Shown here: one piece after another, positions 54,135 to 64,000 of the stretch | How positions within the stretch are numbered: position 1 is the first letter of the stretch | How the letters are laid out: every line of letters starts with the position of its first letter | Assembly (NCBI RefSeq): GCF_000150275.1 | Contig: NW_002060955.1 | Coordinates: forward strand, 1,036,287 to 1,100,286 | Direction of reading: 5' to 3' | DNA: 64,000 nt | From: Trichoplax adhaerens | Taxonomy: Eukaryota; Animalia; Placozoa | Notes under the pieces: generated by a model | Seen by the model: only the letters and a program-made list of their open reading frames with translations | What the model was told of the DNA's origin: nothing | Database searches by the model: none | Made by a program: the position numbers and the translations under genes

Positions 54135-55640
54135 TTAGTACTGTACCAGTAGAGTATGCTGTACTGTAGTGTACAGTATGGATTGTAGTGTAGACCTGCG
54201 CAAATCGACACTGAACATCTCTAGTCAGTAGACCGTGGGTTTGGAAAGAGAAGTCTGTCCATCGGTCTACCACAGTACATTGTGCTGTACTGTACTGTAC
54301 AGTGTACAGTACAGTGTCCACTGGTTCCTGGCCTGCATACGTACAGTACAGTACTGTCCAGTATCGTACTACTGTACAAAACCATGACTGTACAGTACAA
54401 TGTACTGGACATCCAGGAGCAGATACTATAGGCCAAACTGGACTTGCAAGCGCACTTGTATTACAAATCCTTTCAGCAAGACCGATTTGAGTAGAAGGCT
54501 AGAAGCACACTGCACAATGATGAATTCTTGGACACCATTGCTGTCATCAACACACAACCATGGGTGCAGTGTAGAGTACAGTACAGTATGAAAGACCGCC
54601 AGGTGTACCATAACTGTACACTGTGCAGCTTGGGGCCAGTACAGTATGAATTCATTTTGAAATTCTGTTCAACGCGCACGCTCACGATCAAAAGGGCGAG
54701 TTGGTGAGAATTTTCCACTGTCATCATCCAAGTTCTTCCACGTGATCTACAGTACACTGTACTGTAAGGCTGCCGTGCTGTACAGTACTGTACTGTACAG
54801 TACACTGTACTGCGTGATCCTTTTCGTTCCTGATTCTAAATAAGTACTATACAGAATGCTTGAATATAGATCAAATGGTGCAAAAAGTAATGCAAACGAT
54901 AGTGCATTAGTTGAATATAGGAAAACATAGAATTGTACAGTAGATGCTCAATCAGGCCCAAACTCGATAAGTTGTACTGTATAGTTTGTGGTAGCCTAAG
55001 AACTCAGCAATGCCAATTTGGTACAGTACAGTACAGCAAGTCCAACCTACAGTACAGTACTGGAGAGTCTAATTTCTCCACAGCAAAGCTGCAGTACAGT
55101 ACTGTGTACTGTAGCGGAACCTTGGGACCAGGGTGCTTTCCTGTACTGTACTGTACAGACTGTCTTGTCTGTACTGCACGTGGCACTTGGCAAATTCTGT
55201 CCCATGGAACTGATGGAAGTGAACTGAATAGGGACCTGACCCCTCTTCGGACGGACAGACATGCCGACTGGATCGCATAGCAAAGATGGTCGATTTTGAA
55301 TGGAGATATTTTTTCTACACCAAGTAATATTACGTTCAATCTTCCGTTACTAAGTTGTGCTTGAAAACAGTCATACAAGATTGTCCATGTCATTTCCATT
55401 AGTACTGGTGATTTACAAGACCGACGCGGAAGATCCATCTTCACCAGCTACTTTTGGTCTCTACATTTGGATATTGACCGGCTGATAAGGAGAAGAAAAG
55501 TCCGTCTGTCTGAGTATACGGTACCAGCGACTAAGTCGTATTCTGTACAAGAGTGAGTTGAACCCGTGCCTGCCAGTACAGTGTACAGTGTACAGTCCAT
55601 CTCCTGTCGGGTGTGTACTACTGTACACTGTGTACTGTCC
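54135..55640. repeat. ACTGT/ACAGT-rich island upstream of the polo kinase, containing the dispersed repeat copy 55249-55603
   Basis: Multiple inverted pentamer tracts. The palindrome ACTGTACTGTACA-g-TGTACAGTACAGT at 54289-54315 is identical to 40281-40307. Confidence 0.88.
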
Positions 55641-55857
55641 AATCCAATCAATACAAGGTGGCGTCGCTGGTGGACATCATCATCCAATCGTATTTCAGTT
55701 TAACCCACGTGATCACTCGGCCTTCGACCGTTAGGACTCTTGACGCAAGCGTCCATTTCAACCAATCACCGTTGAAGAGGTGAATTTAAAAGCCGTTGAT
55801 AGCCAGTAACCTCAGTGGATCAACAGTAGCTTGACTGCCCAATTTAAACTGACCAAT
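55639..55857 (+). promoter_or_regulatory. Putative G2/M-type promoter of the polo kinase (CCAAT boxes, Myb sites, CHR-like TTTAAA)
   Basis: CCAAT at 55639, 55644, 55684, 55762, 55839 and 55853. CCGTTR (reverse YAACGG) at 55728, 55769 and 55793. TTTAAA at 55785 and 55843. CACGTG at 55706. All lie 160-380 bp upstream of the ATG. Confidence 0.55.
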
Positions 55858-56019
55858 ATCGGCGTTTCTCTCTCATTCCAGCAAACTGCAAGTAGTGGTG
55901 GCGTCCAGAGTGAAGATTGCAAACAAGGAGGAAGAAAAACAAGAAAGTCCATTAACTTGAACTCCTATTTCCTAGTGATAGAACTTTCAACAGTATTGTA
56001 CAAGTACTTGGTGTTAATC

Positions 56020-59000
56020 ATGTCGTCTAAAACGGATGATTCCAAAGACATTATTACGGTGCCGTCAACCGGCCAACGTTTCAGGAAAGGAGAATTCCTG
56101 GGCAAGGTAATGCTATGACGATTTCAACAGCAGTCTGATTTGAAATGGATTTTACGCTTCCATTTCGTTATCCTTGACTCTGTCGTTTTTTATACTCCAA
56201 GAAGGATGGTGTTGTGTAGTTCTTGGATTAAGTTGACTTCTTTTGAGACAACAAGTTGAACGTAGCAGTTGTCTTTTACACGTTGTCAACCAGGTTAGGC
56301 AAAAAATCCACTTGGATGACACTAGACACTTTTCAACAGATTGTAGGAAAAGGGCTAGACAAATGCTTCTCTTTTCTTGTCTACAAGCAGTTTCAGTCAG
56401 TCAAACATTCAGTTAGTAAGACACTTTGCATTGCTAGGTGCACTTGTAGCGAGAGTAATAGCGATTAGGAGCTCTTTGAAAAATTCAACTTGATCCAACG
56501 CTTGAACAAGCAACCATTTCAAATTTTTTCTCTTCCTGGTTATAACGGTTTTGCCTCATACAGTATCTACATGATGCAGTCGGGCAAACTTGTTTTCAAC
56601 CACCAACCTCAATGTCTTGTGTACTGCAACTACTTTTTACTTCTTCTATCTCTCAAACTGACATTAATTTATTATCAACTCGAATGCCTTGCACTTTGCT
56701 ACTCGTTACACTGTTCAATTGGCAGCGGCAGTCGTCGAAAGGAATAAAAAATGCGCAAAGACTGTCATGAAGATTCTAAATGACTGTTGCCCCCTTCCCT
56801 TCAAGTTATAATTTGTCAATTGACCGTATCCATTTTCTTTTTCCAACATTTCAGGGTGGATTTGGCCGATGTTACGAATTCATTGATATGAAAACTGATC
56901 AAAAATATGCTGGCAAAATTGTCTCCAAATCCATGCTGGTAAAAGCTCATCATCGCTCTAAGGTAAGCGAAGTCATCCTTTTGCCTGCAGTCAATAACAA
57001 TCTTTTAGCAATAAAAATTCTACTTGTATTTATTCTCTATTACAAATACACTTGTTTAGACGGATAAACTTGACAATCTACTTGTCTTTCCTTAGATGGC
57101 CTCAGAAATTGCCATTCATAAAACAATTAACCATCCTAACATTGTCAAATTCATTACCAATTTTGAAAATGAAAAAAACGTCTACATTGTTTTAGAATTA
57201 TGCTCAAAGAAGGTAACTTTCACCGACCATTAAAAAAAAAAAAAACATACAAGTTAAAATAGTATGAACTTGGTGTATGAATAATTTTTGTCTCTGGCTA
57301 TCTTTTCTCTCTGTAGTCACTATATGAATTGCAGAAAAGGCGTCGTTATCTGACAGAAGCAGAAGTTCGCTATTTTATGTCACAAGCGGTTTCCGGATGT
57401 AAACATTTACACGATTTGAAAATCATCCATCGAGATTTAAAATTAGCTAATATCTTTATCGATGGAGACCTAAATCTAAAGTTAGGAGATTTTGGGCTAG
57501 CAGCTCAAATTGAGCATGATGGCGAACGAAAAAGGTAGCTAAATAATCCAAACTTTTACAGTAGACGTACCACGCCAAGTATTCCTTCAAATAAATGTTA
57601 CTATTCCATTAATAGCCAATAGTATAGTAATCGTCAATGTTCTCCTTTCCAATCATGACGTAGAACCCTTTGTGGAACTCCAAATTATATCGCTCCTGAA
57701 ATTTTAAAGAAACTTGGCCATTCCTTTGGTGTAGATGCATGGTCCCTTGGTTGTATCATGTAAGGCATACACGATCATAGTACAACTAATCACAATAGTA
57801 GTATTTATCCACTCTTGCATCAAAAAATCAACCACTCATAACTGCTGTACTAGCCATATTTTAAGAAAGCTTGCTATGATAAATAGTTAGTAATACCTTT
57901 GCTGTCTATTGTTAATGCCAAGGTATACGCTATTAGTTGGTAAACCACCTTTTGAAACTGAAACATTACACGAAACCTACAGACGAATTAAAGATAACAA
58001 CTTCCAGGTGCCATCGAGTATATCGAAAAATGCCGGAGACTTGATTACCAAATTATTAAATTCCAATCCTGAGAAAAGACCTAGCATGGCAGAAATCCTC
58101 AATCATGCATTCTTCACATCGGGTTACTTTCCCTCAAAGTTACCCCATAGTTGTCTTGTTGCTGAGCCTAATTTTGCTGACACTTGTCTAGGTATATTGT
58201 CTTATGATCGCATACTGTGACGTTTGCATCTTTGTAAACTCCAGCCAGTTAGCCTTTTATTTATTCTAAATCCGTTCATACTTATGTGTTACAGTACAAG
58301 GTAGCAGACAGCCATTCCATGAAGTCAATTATAAACTTCAAACAAGACCTACTGCTAAGTCCGCTGACCCTAAACCAAACGCTAAACCAGCTAACAAGGA
58401 CGAAAACGTTGCTGATAAAGCAAAACCAGTTATGAATTTGAACATACCTAAAACATTTTTAGCCGGAAAATTTTCACCGTTTGCAGGTAAGGATATAGCA
58501 TATCCTATTTTTAGTCACGTTATTAATATAGAGCCATATAAATTACTACCATTTATAGATGCAGTCGCCGATTATAGTCAATATGATTTGATTGCCTTGC
58601 TAAAGAAGTTTTCAACAAATAAACTCACTGAAATTTCAGAGAAAGTTTTAGGTAAATCAATAGCACTTGTCAAAGTAATTAAGAAATGCTTATGATGCAA
58701 ATTGAAACCATACATCATAAAATAGTTATACTTCTTCCATTATAAATTTAATAAATATTCTCGATAATTTGCCTTCTCAGCATTAATGATGATACATTGC
58801 TATATCTATTTTTAATTTAATTTTTAACCCTATCTTACATAGATGAAGGTATTACGCCTTCTATGGATCCCATGTACTGGATCAGTAAATGGGTTGATTA
58901 TTCCGATAAGTATGGCTTTGGATACCAACTTACTGATAGTAGTCATGGTGTATTCTTTAATGATGGCGCTCGACTTATCCTTGCTCCAGATAGAGTGTAA

Positions 59001-59724
59001 GATTATTGTAGTCACTTTGCTAACGCCTACGTACTATCTTTTAAGCGAAATATCCGTTAAAATAACTCAATACCTTTTGCAATCACAGCCATCTTCAGTA
59101 TATTGATTCCTCTGGTAATGAACAATGTACAACTACCGTCAAAGCTGAAGAGAAGCATGTACAACTAATAACAAAGAAATTAGCTATTATTAATCATTTT
59201 GTAAAATACATGGACGAAAAACTGGTTCAGGTTAGTAAGCATATTCGTACGTTACATTATTAGAGATATTATTGTAGGCTCACATTGACATCATAAATTA
59301 TATATAAATTTAGTCCGGAAGGAAGCCATTTATTGAATTAGATTCCTGCCGTTTGCCATACGTCTACTCTTGGCTTCGAACTGAGACCGCAATTTGCATG
59401 CTTTTATCGAATGGTGTTGCTCAGGTAATAAATAATGACTCATGGCGGATACTCGATTACACACAGTACTTTCTTGAATTAATAGTGGGATTTTTGTTGC
59501 GCTACTAGATAAACTTTTTCCAAGATCACAAAAAGCTTGTTATATGCCCAAGATTGGAATGTGTATCAGTTGTTCGAAAAAAGTCTCGTATGAAGACCTA
59601 CAGAATGTGTGACATATTGCGCAACGGATGTACCTCTGACTTGTTAAGTCGGTTGCATTACTCTAGAGGCGTACTTGAACTTTTGCGTGAAAATACACCG
59701 AAATTTAATGCGCTTGCACAATAA
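56020..59724 (+). CDS. PLK1: Polo-like kinase 1-type, 600 aa, 12 exons (56020-56106, 56855-56962, 57096-57212, 57317-57534, 57664-57759, 57923-58191, 58295-58486, 58559-58651, 58843-58996, 59089-59230, 59314-59424, 59509-59724)
   Basis: All junctions are GT-AG and frame-consistent (1803 nt). [64 protein letters not shown]; polo box 1 [18 protein letters not shown]; polo box 2 [15 protein letters not shown] with the His/Lys phosphate pincer. Confidence 0.95.
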
Positions 59725-60706
59725 TTTGGCATTGTTACCTTGCTACATTGGTATTTGTATTTGGAATAAGTATAGTTCCAAATGAATGGACTTTTTTTAA
59801 AATAATACTCGGCTATAAAATTTTGCCAAAATTTATATGGGGAAATTATAGCAAAATTATAACCAACTCAAGCTGGTCATATGTGCTGAAGACTATCAGT
59901 TAGACTTCGTATTTAAATATACATCCAGTTTATTCTTTACTTAAATTGTTAGTTTTAACGGTTTAATTTTTGTTGTCTTTAGTACGGCTTCGTACTTCGA
60001 GGAAATCTATACGTAGATATATGCGTGTATGTGAATGCACGCATCTAAATATTTTCCTTATCAAACTAAGTAGGTGCTATGATAACTCCTGTATAAGCTA
60101 GATCTATTATTATAGTGCGTAGCTTTAACATACTTGCAAGATAAAAATCTTGATGTACGATAAAATGTTTATGTGGTAAATATAGGACCATCTGTATTCC
60201 TGTCATTTTGGTTAATGTAATGAAGTAAATCGGTTTATTCTTAAACTTTATTCAATTATTGATAAGTGTAATCATATATACATATATATATGTGAGTATA
60301 TAGATGTAGTATGTATATACATGAAAAGGATTTTATCGTAATTTAACTTGTTTCAGATAATCTTTATGTGAAATGTGATGTTAAAGTGGTAGCTAGCTGT
60401 ATATATGCTGTCAAAATTGCTACAACCAAGATTAGTAAACAATTGCGGACATTATTATAAAAATGGCCTTGGTGAATCTGTAAATTAAAGAATAGTACAA
60501 CAACGACACATTGATATGCAACCTTGTTTCTTACTCAATGCATTGAAAACATATTTTGATATTACAACGTTCAGTATGATGAACACGATAGCTTAAACAA
60601 CACAATATACTAATTTGGACAGTATATAATTTCAAGTACTAACAAAATTTGTATGGCATCCATAGTATTTGTAATGTTTAGTTTCGCTATAGCTCTTTCA
60701 GTATGA

Positions 60707-63649
60707 TTACTTGATTTTTACAGTCGTAATTGTTGGGATACTTCCTTCATCATCACCGAGACGGATCTCTTCATGTTTTTTGATTCCTGACCAATCAAAC
60801 ATTGAAAACTGCATAACTGATCTTTTCATAGAGCGTTTGGTCACAGCAGCTTCTTCGTTCAGCTTTTGCATTTCTCTATTAAAAGTGAAATGATCAATAC
60901 CCTAGCCCCTATCCTTCTTTAAACAAAATGCTTAGTACTGAAGCGACCTTATTATTAACTTTATCTTAAGTTTATAATATCTGGAAAGCATTTACCTCGT
61001 CCTTTCTAAAATTTCAAGGGTATTTGTTTCACTTAGAGTAACTAAGTATAAAGATAAGTTAGAAGAAGATCATTGTGATTTTTCTACTTGGATTTACAGT
61101 GCGGCGATGCACTTACATCCGTGTATCATACTGTACATTGCTATTCGAGTTCAACAACTATATAGTCGTATGACCGTTAAGGATTTTCCAGGTGATGCAA
61201 TGAATTGCATCTCTAATATAACCAATAAACTTACTTTCTCTTCTAGTTGACCGATCTGATGTGAGAGAATTAGTATAGACTGGATATCTCTGATTCCGGT
61301 CATTTAAATAATCTTCATTAGGCATTTGCGTTTCCTGCTTTTCCGTACGCTTTCCAAATGCAATACTTTTGCGAATTGTTTCAGCTTTATCATCATAAAT
61401 TTCATTTACAGTTTTCCTTTCGTCCTCAGATACTTCTATAGAAATAAATTCGATTCTTTTGCATTAGCATCATCATTTCTTACTGCGAATAGTAGTGTAC
61501 TATGCAAACTATGAAACATTCCAGCATATAGCAAACGTCATTACCGATTCGATCAAAATGTTTCAACGAGGGAATTGTAAAAATAACAAAATAGCGATAA
61601 TACGGATGATGGGCGAGTGGATTACCATATAGATCTGTCGTAAAAGTAATAAGTGAATTAAGTAATTCCCTGATTAGCGGTTCTGTAGTAGCTTTATTAG
61701 TGATTTTATGATAAGAATAAGTTGAAAGGCAAAGTCCTTACTTAAATAATTTAAACAATTCATATATTTGCATTCACTTCCAATATCAGCTAGTTCTGTT
61801 AATTGATTGCAATGTAGCGCTAAGACCTTCAGACTGTGTAACTGTTTGAGTCCGCCAGCTAAGCTTTTCAGATTGTTGTTATTTAGGTGTAATTCTGTTA
61901 AATTATAATTGCGGGATAAAAATGCTACTTCTCGAATCTGGAAAGGTTAGAAATTCAATGATCATGTATTAGCAATATCGACTGATTAATTATAATTAAT
62001 ATCATACCAAGTACATGTTAAAGCTATACCATTTCTGTCTTAAAAATCTGATTTATTGAACTTTAAATATTACATTACTAATGCCAACTCGAATTAAAAA
62101 GTACGCTTTTGATGTAAGAATTAAAATCGTTAAGACAGAATTCTGTACAAATTATTCTTTCTTAGTATTAAAATGTTGATTCGAATCGCGATGAATGGAT
62201 CGTTATGATTACATTTATAATCGCGGTATAACAGATGTGCATTACATTTTGTAGACAAATTATATAGGAATAGTCAGGCATTCTTATCAATCGATAATAG
62301 CACTCAACTATAATATTACTAAATTTTCTTAGCGTAGCCGTTACTATAATTATTCTTAACAAACCTTATTATCATTGAGATACAGGATAGACAAGTATTT
62401 GTATCTCCGTAGGTCGCTCACTTCTTCTAGTTGCCTAGAATTTTTCCAATAAAATGCGCAAGTTATTAAATTAGTGCTATGAACTAAAATTCATATCATC
62501 GAGATTGCATAGCTGTTATGGTAGTGATATGATTCTTGAAATTGTAGATTCCTTATTATAATGTTAAGCTGATACCAGAGGATATTTTTAATGGTTATAC
62601 TGTATTTAATCGGCCTATTTTCCATTCAATTACTGATTACGATGTTACCTTTATAGTTTTAAGTTAGCGTCCTACCTATTACCCAGATGAATTTGCTGGA
62701 CATCGACGTCTCTTGTCAGATTCATAGCCTTCATCTGCTCTCGGATAAGCTAATGGTGTCATAATTTCATATATTTAAAAGCTCATTAGATTTGATCTAG
62801 GACTGAGCAACTACAAGATATTATCTTTATTCTTCAATATATTTACTGTCAATAGTATCAATATGTGCTTTAATTGACTAGGATTATTGTTTGAAGTGAG
62901 ATATCGCTTTAACAATTTTTAATATCGAGACATTAGATGTATTGGCTATATTTATGAATTTATAGTGTGGCAAGTGTAAAATGATCATGATTTCTCTTCA
63001 AGGTAAGAACGATATCCGCAATAAAATTACTAAATTTAAAGTAATGCCTGTCAAAGCCGTTCTACTGGTACGTTGAGATTATACGGTGTCATCAATTGAA
63101 GATGATAGAAGATAAGTATACTTTCATGAGTACTATTAACCTATCTACAGATGGTAGGATTACTTTTAATTTCTATACCAGTGGAATAAATGATGGAAAT
63201 AAAGTTTACTTTTAAATTTGATGCATGCAACGGTGAATATTATATATTACAGTTCATGTTTATAGTAGCGAAGGGTATCATAAATTGCCATAAAATCAAA
63301 TGAAAAAGTATTGCTAGCCATTGACTGCCTTAAAAATTTGCCAAGGTATCCAGTTCATTATATTTGTGTATAGAGGATTTGAAATTAGAAAAAGTAGATA
63401 ATAAAACTTGAATGCCCTTATAATTGACAGAGAGATGAATTCTCACACAGTATGAAAGTAATTGGATTGGAAAAAACTAAGGAATTTGAGTTGCTTGTTT
63501 ACAATGTCCAATCTAACTATAGTAAATCTATATCGCCTAGTTATCACAATAAGTCTTAAGTCGTAGCTTGAAAGAAAATACAGATCCAGCCTTACCGATG
63601 TATCTGTAATAAGTCCTTGGCGAAATTTAGTTTCTTCCTTTTTTGCCAT
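60707..63649 (-). CDS. LRRC72: Leucine-rich repeat-containing protein 72, 299 aa, 8 exons (63649-63596, 62749-62676, 62434-62365, 61937-61742, 61634-61545, 61435-61235, 61041-60996, 60875-60707)
   Basis: Frame-consistent GT-AG splicing (900 nt). RDVDVQQIHLGNRQLEEVSDL, FLSRNYNLTELHLNNN, LRR cap LYGNPL...YRYFVI..IPSLKHFDR, SIAFG and RSMKRSVMQFSMFDW match the LRRC72 pattern as I recall it. The first exon is the least certain. Confidence 0.88.
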
Positions 63650-63793
63650 ATTGGCATCGATATAATCCAGTTGGAATTAGGCTTATGTTACAAATGATAA
63701 GATTACATTCGATGATGGCCTACTAGGCTCTATAGAAGATTTGCCCTAACGCAATGAAAATTAATTAAACATCCAAATAATGAGGTTGATCAG

Positions 63794-63807
63794 GTTGCTA
63801 TGGAAAC
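63794..63807. promoter_or_regulatory. RFX X-box upstream of LRRC72
   Basis: GTTGCTATGGAAAC fits the GTHNYYATRRNAAC consensus and lies ~145 bp upstream of the predicted ATG. Confidence 0.75.
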
Positions 63808-64000
63808 GATTTCATCAATCTTTACTGTAAGACTGATTACTGGATTTTATAGACAGTGAGCAATTAAGGGCAGTATAATAAATTCAATAGTATAGTTTTA
63901 GTTGCTATACTCGTATACATCAATACAATAACAGAAACGTATCATAATATAATGCTAATTAATAATAAAGTTTATTCCATGACACCATATTTCGGCAATG

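Noticed and set aside
54100-55283. Many overlapping short ORFs rich in YSTVQ/TVLYC (also at 40952-41945)
   Set aside because: Translation artefacts of the stop-poor ACTGT/ACAGT microsatellite.
62033-62140. MITE-like 11-bp inverted repeats in an LRRC72 intron
   Set aside because: AT-rich, short, no clear TSD and no second copy in the window.

Overview
AT-rich eukaryotic (animal) genomic DNA with short GT-AG introns and two N gaps. The compact gene structure, abundant ACAGT/ACTGT microsatellite and two-module dystroglycan suggest a placozoan (Trichoplax-like) assembly; this is inference, not proven. I could assemble six protein-coding genes by hand: dystroglycan (2 coding exons, 968 aa), an intronless MGAT4/GT54 GlcNAc-transferase, TSR2 (3 exons), an intronless bacterial-looking alpha/beta hydrolase, a PLK1-type polo kinase (12 exons, 600 aa) and LRRC72 (8 exons, minus strand, with an upstream RFX X-box). 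The first ~22 kb has no intact gene but holds three solo LTRs of one lineage (two with perfect, different 5-bp TSDs) and decayed exon-like debris. Three GC-richer non-coding islands lie upstream of genes (~22-27, ~39-42 and ~53-55.6 kb). The first has a 333-bp tandem duplication ending at a perfect 19-bp-stem hairpin. The other two share palindromic ACTGT arrays and a diverged ~350-430 bp repeat with codon-like divergence, and the 41-kb island has a structured repeat array with a compensatory base change. These islands are the best candidates for an undescribed, possibly rolling-circle, element family. No CRISPR array, rRNA or tRNA was recognised.
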